Shown piece by piece: positions 1 through 15,616 of a stretch of DNA of 25,494 nt. The notes under the pieces were generated by a model. The model searched no databases. It was not told the origin of the DNA and saw nothing but the letters and a program-made list of their open reading frames with translations. Source of the stretch: a virus (Duplodnaviria; Heunggongvirae; Uroviricota; Caudoviricetes); the IMG/VR virus record IMGVR_UViG_2703718826_000004; one strand, written 5' to 3'. Every line of letters begins with the position of its first letter. Within the stretch, counting starts at the first letter, position 1. The translations under genes were made by a program, and so were the position numbers.

Positions 1-1284
1 TTACAGACTTCTGGAAGGTTGCGCAGCTCTTACAACACGCGGTTGATCTTCCGCGGCGTCTTCCAGCGCACTTAAATCACGGTCTTTCACTTCTGGCATT
101 TTCAGCGCAGAGATTAAACCAATCACTGAATATGCCATGATCATAATGGCGATCGGATACCAGGATTCCGTCATGGTGCAGAAAATACCCGCCAGGATAG
201 GACCAAAACCGGAAGCGATAAGACCACCAATTTCTTTAGAAATAGCCATCCGGGTAAAGCGGTTTTTACAGCCGAACATTTCTGCCATGGTAATATTTTC
301 CAGAGCAAATAATCCCAGCACCGCACAGTTATGAATCACAATCAGTGCAACCATAATGGTGCTCGGGGCATAGCTTTTATCTACGATGATAGAAAGCATT
401 GGCCATGCCAGCACAATCGCGGAGGTATTCATAATAATATACGGGATCCGGCGACCAATTTTATCGGATAACCAACCAAGGAACGGAATGGTCATAAAGC
501 CGAGAATCGAACTGATCATCAATGCATCTGTTGGAATTGCTTTGTTAAACAATAACGTCTGCACTAAATAGCCCGCAAGGAAAGTCTGAATTAAACCTGA
601 GTTACCCGCCTGACCAAAACGCAGCCCTGTTGCCAGCCAGAAGGATTTGCTCTGGAACATGCTACCAGCAGGTGCAGGTTTTGCTGTCGGTTGGTTGCTG
701 TCGTTAACCTTCTCAAAAACCGGGCTTTCTTTCAGATTCATACGCAACCAGATAGCAAAGACCATCACGACAACGCTCGCCAGGAACGGTATACGCCATC
801 CCCACGCCAGCAGTTCCTCTTTACTGAGAATGAAGAACATAAAGGCCCAGATTGCCGTTGCGCTTAAAGTTCCGCAGTTAGTTCCCATAGCCACAAATGA
901 GGAGATAATTCCGCGCTTACCTTTTGGCGCATATTCCGCCAGCATCGTACCGGCACCGGAAATTTCCGCACCTGCACCCAATCCCTGAATAATACGCAGC
1001 GTCACCAGCAAGATGGGGGCAAAAACACCAATCTGTGCATAGGTCGGTAACACACCAATTAAGGTGGTACAGATCCCCATCATGGTGATGGTAATAAAGA
1101 GCACTTTTTTACGCCCTATTCTGTCGCCCATTTTGCCGAAAATAAATGCTCCGACAATACGCGCCACATAACCTGCACCGTAGGTTCCCATTGCCAGAAT
1201 TAACGCCATTGCCGTTGATGATTCAGGAAAAAATATTTCATGAAACACTAACGCTGCGCCGAGCGAATATAACTGGAAATCCAT
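1..1284 (-). CDS. ydfJ: MFS transporter of the metabolite:H+ symporter family (ShiA/KgtP/ProP-like), N-terminally truncated at the prophage junction
   Basis: 427-aa ORF, multi-TM, with the GxLaDRxGRKK motif after TM2. Against ShiA/KgtP as I recall them, about 30-35 N-terminal residues including the start of TM1 are missing. An in-frame stop lies one codon upstream of the ATG at 1282-1284. Confidence 0.8.
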   Translation of the reverse strand: MDFQLYSLGAALVFHEIFFPESSTAMALILAMGTYGAGYVARIVGAFIFGKMGDRIGRKKVLFITITMMGICTTLIGVLPTYAQIGVFAPILLVTLRIIQGLGAGAEISGAGTMLAEYAPKGKRGIISSFVAMGTNCGTLSATAIWAFMFFILSKEELLAWGWRIPFLASVVVMVFAIWLRMNLKESPVFEKVNDSNQPTAKPAPAGSMFQSKSFWLATGLRFGQAGNSGLIQTFLAGYLVQTLLFNKAIPTDALMISSILGFMTIPFLGWLSDKIGRRIPYIIMNTSAIVLAWPMLSIIVDKSYAPSTIMVALIVIHNCAVLGLFALENITMAEMFGCKNRFTRMAISKEIGGLIASGFGPILAGIFCTMTESWYPIAIMIMAYSVIGLISALKMPEVKDRDLSALEDAAEDQPRVVRAAQPSRSL

Positions 1285-1887
1285 AATTCACAGGTGTTTT
1301 TTCCCATCCTGTGGTTTCCTTGGCGTTTTCTAGGTTTTTTCAGATAGTTGCATTTTTTAAAAAGCATCCTAAGTTCGATCTCAGTGTCTATCTGGGGCCT
1401 ATTTCTGTCCCATATATGCCCCAAAAAAACTCCCCAACAGATAAGTAGTTTTTTCATGGATTTATGCGTAAAATCAAGAACGGCTGGAAATCATTCAATA
1501 CTCACACTATCGAAAAATTTACCAGCCAACCGCAGCACGTTCTTGCATAAGGCGTGTCTGCGGTTTTTCAACTATTCAGATACATCACTCCCATCACATT
1601 CATTCCTCCGCATCAAAGGCATATAGGCTATATCACCTTGATATTTTTCTTTTTCAGATAAAAACTGTTATCTATGTATACTTTTAAACCCAATCCGTGT
1701 AGAGTCTCTGCATAAGATAGTTTGCAGTTGCCGCTTCAGCTTGCGCCATAAACCGCCTGATTTTTGCTGCCACCTGTTAGCATTCCTGTATACCTGAAAC
1801 GACAATGTTTATCTACGAACTTTAAGAACACCCAAGATAAAAATTGTCAACTATATCATATATAACACATTACTAATTCGAGGCTAT

Positions 1888-2001
1888 ATGAACAGCATAC
1901 TGATAATCACATCTCTCCTTATCATATTCAGCATTTTTAGTCATGCCCTAATAAAATTAGGGATTGGCATATCCAATAACCCAGACAAAACCGATGTATA
2001 A
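1888..2001 (+). CDS. candidate small hydrophobic peptide (37 aa, [37 protein letters not shown])
   Basis: Hand-translated ORF with a GAGG Shine-Dalgarno about 5 nt upstream of the ATG and a single predicted TM segment; too short for the ORF track. Confidence 0.2.
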
Positions 2002-2069
2002 GTCAACATATCCTGAATCAGACATACAATATCGCAATGAAAATCAATAATATTTTAAGGAATATCTTC

Positions 2070-2303
2070 ATGAAATCAAAAGACACCCTAAAGTGGTTCC
2101 CTGCGCAGCTTCCTGAAGTAAGAATTATCCTAGGGGATGCTGTAGTGGAAGTAGCAAAACAGGGAAGACCTATCAATACCAGAACATTGCTTGATTACAT
2201 TGAAGGAAACATAAAGAAAAAATCATGGCTGGATAACAAAGAATTATTACAAACAGCGATATCAGTTCTTAAAGACAACCAAAATTTAAATGGTAAAATG
2301 TAA
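2070..2303 (+). CDS. ydfK: small prophage protein of the YdfK/YnaE family (77 aa from the internal ATG)
   Basis: ORF 2037..2303; the internal ATG at 2070 gives MKSKDTLKWFPAQLPEV..., matching recalled YdfK/YnaE, with AAGGA upstream. Sits next to pinQ as in Qin/Rac. Confidence 0.65.
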   Translation: MKSKDTLKWFPAQLPEVRIILGDAVVEVAKQGRPINTRTLLDYIEGNIKKKSWLDNKELLQTAISVLKDNQNLNGKM

Positions 2304-2619
2304 TATAATAAACTTACTTTTTTATCATTTTTCCACTTTAACAACATTTTGCTCCACTTTTCCACGACCAAACAACTTGAAATCTGGTTAAAATAACACG
2401 CAACACTATTCTTCTTCCTTGAGTCCGCCCGGAACTCGAAAAACAAACCGAGTTAAAGCCATTTTTCACAAAATCGATTTTGGGTCTCACCAAAATTACG
2501 GGGTTGCATACGCATTCGTTTATTTTCGAACGTGTACATACAAATATGCACAAAAATAATCATAATTATTTTCTGAGATGCATTATGATATGAACACCAA
2601 TTTCGTATAGAGTCTCACT

Positions 2620-3210
2620 ATGTCTCGAATTTTTGCTTACTGTCGGATATCAACGCTGGATCAGACCACCGAAAATCAACGCCGGGAAATCGAAAGTGCA
2701 GGTTTTAAAATCAAACCTCAGCAAATAATCGAAGAACACATTAGCGGCTCAGCAGCAACCAGTGAGCGTCCTGGTTTTAACCGGTTGCTTGCTCGCCTGA
2801 AATGTGGTGATCAATTGATTGTGACAAAACTGGATCGCCTTGGTTGTAATGCAATGGATATCAGGAAAACAGTGGAACAACTGACCGAAACAGGTATCAG
2901 AGTGCATTGCTTAGCATTGGGGGGCATTGACCTGACCAGTCCAACAGGAAAAATGATGATGCAAGTAATTTCAGCAGTCGCTGAATTTGAACGAGACCTT
3001 TTACTTGAACGCACTCATTCCGGGATAGTAAGAGCCCGCGGCGCAGGGAAACGTTTTGGTCGACCACCTGTGTTAAATGAAGAACAGAAACAGGCGGTAT
3101 TCGAACGAATTAAGTCAGGTGTAAGTATAAGTGCCATTGCCCGGGAATTCAAAACCTCGCGGCAAACCATTTTAAGAGCCAAAGCAAAACTTCAGACACC
3201 TGACATATAA
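2620..3210 (+). CDS. pinQ: serine recombinase / DNA invertase (Pin/Gin/Hin family)
   Basis: 196-aa ORF starting [15 protein letters not shown], with the catalytic Ser motif and a C-terminal HTH; convergent with tfa/stf as in Qin and Rac. Confidence 0.9.
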   Translation: MSRIFAYCRISTLDQTTENQRREIESAGFKIKPQQIIEEHISGSAATSERPGFNRLLARLKCGDQLIVTKLDRLGCNAMDIRKTVEQLTETGIRVHCLALGGIDLTSPTGKMMMQVISAVAEFERDLLLERTHSGIVRARGAGKRFGRPPVLNEEQKQAVFERIKSGVSISAIAREFKTSRQTILRAKAKLQTPDI

Positions 3211-3307
3211 AAAATAATCTCGGTGTGAGATGCTTTACGTCTTCCAAGCCCCCTTCCTTGCCGTAAATGGAAAGATACATCTAATTATAGAATTTATATG
3301 TTTTACC

Positions 3308-3882
3308 CTACGGCAGTGCTGGCCATTCAATATCCTGTGCAGTTGACGTATCAACACGGTTCAGCAATACCCGATACTTTTTCCATGCTTCCAGCAACGA
3401 GATTTCTTCCTCCGTTGCGATTTCCAGATCTGCAGCATCCTGAAGCGGCGCAATATGCTCACTGGCTACCTGCATCAGGTTGTTTTTTGTTTCTTCCGCC
3501 TCCCGGATCCGGAACAGTTTTTCTGCTTCCGTATCCTTCACCCAGGCTGTGCCGTTCCACTTCTGAAACTCCCCTTCCGGCGATAACCAGGTAACATTTT
3601 CCGGTAACGGACCGAGTTCAGAAATAAATAACGCGTCGCCGGAAGCCACGTCATAAACCGTTTTACCCCGATGATCTTCAACGAGATGCCACGATGACTC
3701 ATCACTGTTGAAAACAGCCACGAAGCCAGCCGGAATATCTGGCGGTGCAATATCGGTACTGTTTGCTGGCAGACCTGTATGAGGCGGAATATATGCATCA
3801 CCTTCACCAATAAATTCATTAGTTCCGGCCAGCAGATTATAAATTTTTATGGTCCGTGGTTGTTCACTCATTCTGAATGCCA

Positions 3883-3883
<1 letters not shown>
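3308..3883 (-). CDS. tfaQ: tail fiber assembly protein
   Basis: 191-aa ORF typical of lambdoid Tfa; its start overlaps the stf stop. Confidence 0.9.
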
Positions 3884-8183
<4,300 letters not shown>

Positions 8184-8209
<26 letters not shown>

Positions 8210-8729
8210 TCAGCAACCCCGGTATCAGTTCATCCAGCGCGGCTGCTTTGTTCATGGCTTTGATGATATCCCGTTTCAGGAAATCAACATGTCGGTTTTC
8301 CAGTTCCGGAAAACGCCGCTGCACCGACAGGGGGATCCCGTCGAGAATACTGGCAATTTCACCTGCGATCCGCGACAGCACGAAAGTACAGAATGCGGTT
8401 TCCACCACTTCAGCGGAGTCTCTGGCATTTTTCAGCTCCTGTGCGTCGGCCTGCGCACGCGTAAGTCGATGGCGTTCGTACTCAATAGTCCCTGGCTGGA
8501 GATCTGTCTCGCTGGCCTGCCGCAGTTCTTCAACTTCCCGGCGCAGCTTTTCGTTCTCAATTTCAGCATCCCTTTCGGCATACCATCTTATAACGGCGGC
8601 AGAGTCATAAAGCACCTCATTACCCTTGCCACCGCCTCGCAGAACGGGCATTCCCTGTTCCTGCCAGTTCTGAATGGTACGGATACTCGCACCGAAAATG
8701 TCAGCCAGCTGCTTTTTGTTGACTTCCAT
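8184..8729 (-). CDS. nu1: terminase small subunit (lambda Nu1-like)
   Basis: 181-aa ORF starting MEVNKKQLADIFGASIRTIQNWQEQGMPVLRGGGKGNEVLYDSAAV, differing from recalled lambda Nu1 at only a few residues. Confidence 0.95.
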
Positions 8730-8849
8730 TGCTCATTCCACGGACAAAAACAGAGAAAGGAAACGACAGAGGCCAAAAAGCTCGCTTTCAGCACCTGTCG
8801 TTTCCTTTCTTTTCAGGGGGTATTTTAAATAAAAACATTAAGTTACGAC

Positions 8850-8990
8850 GAAGAAGAACGGAAACACCTTAAACCGGAAAATTTTCATAAATAGCGAAAA
8901 CCCGCGAGGTCGCCGCCCCGTAACCTGTCGGATCACCGGAAAGGACCCGTAAAGTGATAATGATTATCATCTACATATCACAACGTGCGT
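8850..8990. other. lambda-type cos site (cosQ-cosN-cosB); cosN cohesive-end sequence at 8907..8918
   Basis: aggtcgccgccc at 8907-8918 is the reverse complement of the lambda cohesive end GGGCGGCGACCT, about 180 bp upstream of the Nu1 start; the flanks match recalled lambda left-end and right-end sequence. Confidence 0.75.
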
Positions 8991-9117
8991 GGAGGCCATC
9001 AAACCACGTCAAATAATCAATTATGACGCAGGTATCGTATTAATTGATCTGCATCAACTTAACGTAAAAACAACTTCAGACAATACAAATCAGCGACACT
9101 GAATACGGGGCAACCTC

Positions 9118-9351
9118 ATGTCAACGAAGAACAGAACCCGCAGAACAACAACCCGCAACATCCGCTTTCCTAACCAAATGATTGAACAAATTAACATCGC
9201 TCTTGAGCAAAAAGGGTCCGGGAATTTCTCAGCCTGGGTCATTGAAGCCTGCCGCCGGAGACTGTGCTCAGAAAAAAGAGTTTCTTCTGAAGCAAACAAA
9301 GAAAAGAGTGACATTACTGAATTGCTCAGAAAACAGGTCAGACCAGATTGA
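9118..9351 (+). CDS. ynfO: small basic prophage protein (77 aa)
   Basis: ORF lying on DNA that matches the recalled extreme right end of lambda, in the position of Qin ynfO. Confidence 0.55.
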   Translation: MSTKNRTRRTTTRNIRFPNQMIEQINIALEQKGSGNFSAWVIEACRRRLCSEKRVSSEANKEKSDITELLRKQVRPD

Positions 9352-9408
9352 AGCAATTTAGATAATCGTGCAGACTACGCCCCCTCATATCACATGGAAG
9401 GTTTATCT

Positions 9409-9819
9409 ATGGATCAGGTAGTCATTTTTAAACAAATATTTGATAAAGTTCGAAACGATTTAAACTATCAATGGTTTTATTCTGAGCTAAAACGTCACAA
9501 TGTCTCACATTACATTTACTATTTAGCCACAGAGAATGTTCATATTGTATTAAAAAATGATAATACAGTGTTATTAAAGGGCCTAAAAAACATTGTGTCT
9601 GTCAAATTTTCAAAGGATAGGCATCTTATAGAAACGACCTCTAATAAGCTGAAATCCAGAGAGATCACATTTCAGGAATACAGAAGAAACCTTGCTAAAG
9701 CAGGAGTTTTTCGGTGGGTTACAAATATCCACGAACAAAAAAGATATTACTATACCTTTGATAATTCATTACTATTTACTGAAAGCATCCAGAAAACTAC
9801 ACAGATCTTACCACGCTAA
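9409..9819 (+). CDS. ydfO: prophage protein of the DUF1398 family (136 aa from the internal ATG)
   Basis: ORF 9394..9819; the ATG at 9409 is preceded by GGAAGG at 7-nt spacing. Confidence 0.75.
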
Positions 9820-9970
9820 ACCATAACGTCCGGCTTCTCTCACTCCTGAGCCGGACTGCATTGGTTTAATAAAAACCATCAACAATTGTGATTTAGATAT
9901 TCGGAACCATTCAAATATAACAAAACCCCGTAAAAACGAGGTTTATGGATAAATTTTATTATTGAATACA

Positions 9971-10144
9971 TCAGATTAAATTAATCTTGACATCATAGCT
10001 TTCAAGACCCGTCATTTTTTCCCGTGCGGTAAACTGAATACTGGTAACTTCTTTCCCGGTCTTTTTCTTAAGTTCAATAATTTTTTTTGTTATATATTCA
10101 GAAATATCTGCTTCTGCTTTTGTTTTTAAGTTTTCAATATTCAT
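9971..10144 (-). CDS. gnsB: GnsA/GnsB family protein (57 aa)
   Basis: Hand translation of the minus strand gives MNIENLKTKAEADISEYITKKIIELKKKTGKEVTSIQFTAREKMTGLESYDVKINLI, matching the recalled GnsB family; below the ORF-track size cut-off. Confidence 0.8.
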   Translation of the reverse strand: MNIENLKTKAEADISEYITKKIIELKKKTGKEVTSIQFTAREKMTGLESYDVKINLI

Positions 10145-10315
10145 CATTTCCTCTTTTAGTCTGTTATGACTTTCCAGTTACACAGTAAGTCGATTATATG
10201 GTGCAAACGTGTAAAAGATAAGATGAAACATCGCAATAATCAACATACGATAGTCTAAATTTTACACAAACAGACAAAGAGAATTTTCCTGAATTATCAA
10301 TGCAATAGCATCAAA

Positions 10316-10546
10316 TCAACTCAAGAGCCTTATTGCTGCTTCCAGAATTTCTTCTGAAGTAACATGTCGATCCGCGGCTACATAAATGACTTTATGATCT
10401 CCGGTCAGAGATGGAAACCCTGCGGCCATTACAGTAAGGTGTGTTTTTTCGCCATTTGGATATTCACGCATGATGGTGTTAACTCCAGTCATCGCTGGCA
10501 CTACCACTGCTGGTTCAGAGTTAAAAAAAACTATGATTTTTTTCAT
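10316..10546 (-). CDS. small prophage protein of unknown function (76 aa from the internal ATG)
   Basis: ORF 10316..10588; the internal start MKKIIVFFNS is assumed. It occupies the ynfN position of Qin but I cannot confirm identity. Confidence 0.45.
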   Translation of the reverse strand: MKKIIVFFNSEPAVVVPAMTGVNTIMREYPNGEKTHLTVMAAGFPSLTGDHKVIYVAADRHVTSEEILEAAIRLLS

Positions 10547-10587
10547 GATGTTACCGTAGTATGTGAGTATCCATCGAATAGACACCA

Positions 10588-10612
10588 AGCAAAAAAGCTC
10601 CCGAAGGAGCCT
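10588..10612 (-). terminator. candidate intrinsic terminator downstream of cspI
   Basis: Hairpin agctcc-cgaa-ggagc at 10596-10610, followed on the minus strand by a U6 run. Confidence 0.5.
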
Positions 10613-10817
10613 TCATTTTCACTTTTTCAAATCCAACGACAGACGGCTGGCATTTAAGTATTGTGAAATATTATCAAATGTAATCATCATTGATTTACAA
10701 AAGATACATTTTGCCCCGAAAGGATTCATGTCAGAAACATCAAAAGATGATGTTCTATACTGGGAACCATGACAACACGGGCATCTAAAGTGAATATGGT
10801 TTGTAATATTGTCTACC

Positions 10818-11030
10818 TCAAAGCGCCACTACATGAACAGCGGCAGGACCTTTAGGTCCGTTCTCAATACCAAATTCAACTTCCTGATTCTCAGTTAATG
10901 TTTTGAAATCGTTGCTCTGAATTGCTGAGAAATGGACAAACACATCTTTGCTGCCATCTTTCGGCGTGATGAAACCAAAACCTTTTTCAGGGTTAAACCA
11001 TTTCACTAAACCAGTCATTTTGTTAGACAT
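10818..11030 (-). CDS. cspI: cold shock protein of the CspA family
   Basis: 70-aa ORF starting [23 protein letters not shown], with both RNP motifs. Confidence 0.9.
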   Translation of the reverse strand: MSNKMTGLVKWFNPEKGFGFITPKDGSKDVFVHFSAIQSNDFKTLTENQEVEFGIENGPKGPAAVHVVAL

Positions 11031-11395
11031 AATTATTACCTTTTGAAGAAATTAGCCCTTGGGCAGAATGGTCCGAAAAAAAATATCAGAGAGAAAAACC
11101 AACAAGGAAATCTCAAGAGGTACAAATAATAAAATTATAACAATGACTGCTTCAGATAAATTTGTAACAAACCAGAACACCATTAACGCATGATTAACCA
11201 CCCATAGCAAGGATTACTTTTGTAAAGAAAAACACAGCAATGAAAGAATAGCTTTATTTATTAATAAAACGTGTCATTCTGATTAAGACCTTTTATCTTA
11301 CCCTTAAGATTTCAGGAATTTTGGCTCATGGAAGAGTCCTTTTTATTTAAATTTTACATTCCGCGATGTAAATGTTCCGATTTAATATTACCCTA

Positions 11396-12415
<1,020 letters not shown>

Positions 12416-12419
<4 letters not shown>

Positions 12420-12727
12420 AGATATTTATGATGAGGACGCTCGTGCTTATTGGCAGGATTTTCAATCTTAAAGGAGTACTGATGCTGCAGATAAGACTCA
12501 ACTTTTTCTGACAATTTTTCTGCTACTTCCAGGAAGACTTGCCGGACGCTCCTTCTGGCTGCTGCCTCATAAAACTCCAGCGCAGCTCCTTCAACACGGT
12601 CCATGGCGACATCCAGGTCAAAAATTTCACCGTCAAAGCGTTCTTTGTCCTGTAAGGCTACAGTTACCGTAACTTTATTCTCAAAATTACGGACTCCTTT
12701 CACAACCAGTTCATAGTCTTGAGTCAT
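12416..12727 (-). CDS. ydfR: prophage protein of the DUF1327 family
   Basis: 103-aa ORF between the holin and the lysozyme, as in Qin. Confidence 0.75.
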
Positions 12728-12731
12728 TGGA

Positions 12732-12947
12732 TTACTCTCCTCTCGCAGCCTTACGCCTGTCTTCTTTAATCTTGAAATAAAGATTTGTCAGATACGTCAG
12801 CAGGCCAAAAACCAGGCTACCCAGCACACCGATTGCAGCCCACTGTGACGGAGTTACTTTATCGAGTAACTGCAATGCCCAGAAACCAGCATTACCCGCC
12901 GATGTGCCATAGGCAACACCTGTTGTTAACTTATCCATTGATTTCAT
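12732..12947 (-). CDS. essQ: class II holin (phage 21 S-like, dual-start MKSM motif)
   Basis: ORF 12732..13022; the internal start [18 protein letters not shown] is preceded by GGTGAGGA. Two TM segments and a C-terminus [13 protein letters not shown]. Confidence 0.85.
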   Translation of the reverse strand: MKSMDKLTTGVAYGTSAGNAGFWALQLLDKVTPSQWAAIGVLGSLVFGLLTYLTNLYFKIKEDRRKAARGE

Positions 12948-13166
12948 ATCCTCACCCCGATGTACACGGATGGTGCAATATGTTTGAAAAGATCGGAGTC
13001 TACGGGGTAGTTTTGACAGCACACGTTGTTCTCAACGGCGCTAAAAAAACATACACATTAAAAATGTGGGTAATTATTTTGAAAGAAAGTCATATATAAA
13101 ATAATAATACGAGAAATGTTTTCATATTTAGTGTACTGTATACGGCCATTTATACAGGAAAAGCCT

Positions 13167-13337
13167 ATGTCAGAACGTAAAAACTCAAAATCACGCCGTA
13201 ATTATCTCGTTAAATGTTCCTGCCCAAACTGCACCCAAGAGTCAGAACACAGTTTTTCAAGAGTACAAAAAGGTGCCCTTTTGATCTGCCCTCATTGCAA
13301 CAAAGTATTCCAGACAAATCTTAAAGCTGTAGCCTGA
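13167..13337 (+). CDS. small zinc-ribbon protein (56 aa; CxCPxC ... CPHC)
   Basis: ORF 13116..13337; the internal ATG at 13167 is preceded by AGGAAAAG. Four-cysteine pattern C-S-C-P-N-C and C-P-H-C. Confidence 0.4.
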   Translation: MSERKNSKSRRNYLVKCSCPNCTQESEHSFSRVQKGALLICPHCNKVFQTNLKAVA

Positions 13338-13391
13338 TTGATTTTATTAGTAACAAGTATTTTTTATATTTTAATAATATATTTAAAGCAG

Positions 13392-13420
13392 ATAATAAAA
13401 AACCCGCCTGAGCGGGTTTG
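13392..13420 (-). terminator. candidate intrinsic terminator (minus strand) between cspB and the holin
   Basis: Hairpin aacccgc-ctga-gcgggtt at 13401-13418, followed on the minus strand by a U-rich run. Confidence 0.5.
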
Positions 13421-13700
13421 AGATTGTGGTGCTTTTTGTGGGAGTCATCCACTTACGCACTTTGTTTTGCCATGCCAGCAGTTAGCTTCTGCTGTAAAAC
13501 TATTCATGCAGCAAACCTGCACTTCACCACAATGGTTAGCATACTTTTCCTGATTAAGATTTTGCCAAATATGCTAGCCATTGTTTCATGTATTGGACCT
13601 CCTTACTTTTTATTAAAGAGATCCAATATTCACTACTCTGTCCGTATCTCTACTCAGGCATCAGCCTTCTTCGTTATCGTATACAGACGAGCGATGAATT

Positions 13701-13916
13701 TTAATCAGTAATGATGACATTTGCTGCTGCAGGACCTTTAGCACCACTCTCTATAGAGAAGGTAACCTTTTGACCTTCAAATAAGGTTCGATAATTATCA
13801 TTCTGAATCGCAGAAAAATGCACAAACACATCTTTACTACCATCAACAGGAGAAATAAAGCCGAAACCTTTATCAGCGTTAAACCATTTTACTAAACCAG
13901 TCATTTTATTTGACAT
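13701..13916 (-). CDS. cspB: cold shock protein of the CspA family
   Basis: 71-aa ORF starting [23 protein letters not shown]. Confidence 0.9.
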   Translation of the reverse strand: MSNKMTGLVKWFNADKGFGFISPVDGSKDVFVHFSAIQNDNYRTLFEGQKVTFSIESGAKGPAAANVIITD

Positions 13917-14216
13917 TCTACATTCCTTAACTTGAGCCTTTCGGCATAAATGGTTTGCATAACAGAAACGACTTCGTACTTAATTGGAGAGACTCAAAGA
14001 AGGAATAAGTGAATAACACCTGAAATGAGAACTGCTTTAGTAAACTACTTCGTATATCGTCTGTTCTTCAAACCGACGCAATCATTAACGCATAGTTGAA
14101 CATATGAAGCAATGTTTATTTTAGACATCCAGCCATCTTCAACCCCATCAAAAAACTATAGCTTTCTTCAGGAACGTGTGTATAGTGCGCCAAGTTATCA
14201 GTATTAAGGAATTTTT

Positions 14217-14429
14217 TTGTCCCGTAAAATGACAGGAATTGTCAAAACCTTTGACGGCAAAAGCGGCAAGGGTCTTATCACCCCATCCGATGGTCGTATC
14301 GATGTCCAGCTTCATGTTTCAGCGCTCAATCTCCGCGATGCAGAAGAAATTACCACCGGATTACGCGTGGAATTTTGCCGGATAAATGGTCTGCGTGGCC
14401 CTTCAGCTGCCAATGTTTACCTTTCATGA
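14217..14429 (+). CDS. cspF: cold shock protein of the CspA family
   Basis: 70-aa ORF starting [23 protein letters not shown], divergent from cspB. Confidence 0.85.
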
Positions 14430-14483
14430 GCTATATTAAAGCTTTAATTTCAGGCCCCATCGGATCACACATGGAGAGTTTTT

Positions 14484-14573
14484 ATGAATAACCCCGTCTG
14501 TCTTGATGACTGGTTGATTGGCTTTAAAAGCTTATGCTGTACTTTGGCCGTAATAGCTCTGCTAATAATATAA
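14484..14573 (+). CDS. candidate small hydrophobic peptide (29 aa, [29 protein letters not shown])
   Basis: Hand-translated ORF with GGAGAG 7 nt upstream of the ATG; below the ORF-track cut-off. Confidence 0.2.
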
Positions 14574-14719
14574 TAAGCAGACTCATTGTGTTTAGGGACA
14601 TTGTACTGGAAGAAAACATTTTAAACATCAGGCAAATAACCAAGTCACCAGCTAAATAATAAGTTAACAGACATGAGTCCCGGGATGAGATTCAACATTA
14701 CCATTGCCCCATTTAAAGC

Positions 14720-14757
14720 ACAAAACCCGCTCATCAGCGGGTTTTCTACTTTTTCTT
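14720..14757. terminator. bidirectional intrinsic terminator; candidate late tR' downstream of the Q gene
   Basis: Hairpin aaacccgc-tcatca-gcgggttt at 14723-14744 with T-rich runs on both strands, about 95 bp downstream of the quuQ stop. Confidence 0.6.
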
Positions 14758-14850
14758 AACGTCGGGTATACAAAGCCCATCGTTGAAAAAATTTTATCCA
14801 TATTTTTTGAAAAATGCAAACATCATGTCGCCATCTTCAGCAAAAATCAT

Positions 14851-15603
14851 TTATCTCGTCACCTTCCTCAATTGCGCTTCCGCGTATGCTTCTTCCTGCC
14901 AGCACTTTGTTACCAGTTTACCAATGACGTCCGCATACCCCTTATACCACTGATAATCGGTCAGGTCTGGTACCAGCTTCTGGACATGACGTCGTGCCAG
15001 CGTGGTCGGTAAACGACTAAACCGGTTTCCATTACAACGCCCACAAATCTTATATACCGGTACGCCATGAAACCGGGTTCTTTTTTCATCCAGAACAATC
15101 CCTTTACCCTTACACCCTCTGCACGCTGTGCTGGCTTCGCCCTTACCATGGCAATGCTGACATAGTTCCTTCACCCATTCTTCCTTGATTACAGATTCCC
15201 CGCGTCTGTAGTGTTTCACCACTTCGCGCAATACATTATAAAATCCCGTACCTGAACAATGCTCACAGCGAGCCTTACTTGCCGCAGACCTGGAGTAATC
15301 AGCAAAGGCAAAACTCACGAGGTAAGGAATAATCTGTAACCGGATTTCTTCACTCAATTTGTTCAATGTCGGGTTATCCAGTGCCATCGCGTAATTTAGC
15401 AGGCCTTCAATCGCAAACTGAGGGTCCTGAACACCAACTTTTGCCAGAAATAAGGCCAACCCAAGTGGTGCTTTCGACTGCACCATCCCCTGCGCTGCCA
15501 TTACATCCGTAATTGTTAAACAACCGGTGCCTGTCGCTGGAGCGTCATCGCTCAATTTTGGAGATTTTGGGGAGTAATATTTTGGTAAGGCTTCAAGGTT
15601 CAT
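14851..15603 (-). CDS. quuQ: late-gene antiterminator Q (phage 82/21 type)
   Basis: ORF 14851..15633; the internal start MNLEALPKYY is preceded by GGAGAA, giving 250 aa. Cys/His zinc-binding cluster (CEHCSGTG ... CQHCHGKG ... CRGCKGKG). Confidence 0.9.
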   Translation of the reverse strand: MNLEALPKYYSPKSPKLSDDAPATGTGCLTITDVMAAQGMVQSKAPLGLALFLAKVGVQDPQFAIEGLLNYAMALDNPTLNKLSEEIRLQIIPYLVSFAFADYSRSAASKARCEHCSGTGFYNVLREVVKHYRRGESVIKEEWVKELCQHCHGKGEASTACRGCKGKGIVLDEKRTRFHGVPVYKICGRCNGNRFSRLPTTLARRHVQKLVPDLTDYQWYKGYADVIGKLVTKCWQEEAYAEAQLRKVTR

Positions 15604-15616
15604 GCTCGTTCTCCAC

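Noticed and set aside
1348-1626. 92-aa ORF in the ydfJ-ydfK intergenic region
   Set aside because: No RBS and low-complexity composition; probably non-coding junction DNA.
2400-2460. Possible Pin/Gin-type crossover site (aaacaaaccgag)
   Set aside because: It matches only part of one half-site of gix/hix as I recall them, and no partner site was found.
8289-8828. 179-aa plus-strand ORF overlapping Nu1
   Set aside because: Antisense shadow of Nu1 with no RBS; it runs across the cos-Nu1 leader.
9828-9857. Hairpin gtccggc...gccggac between ydfO and gnsB
   Set aside because: It has a long loop and no adjacent U-tract on either strand, so it is not called as a terminator.
13418-13711. 97-aa plus-strand ORF
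   Set aside because: Covers the terminator hairpin and runs antisense to the cspB 3' end; no RBS.
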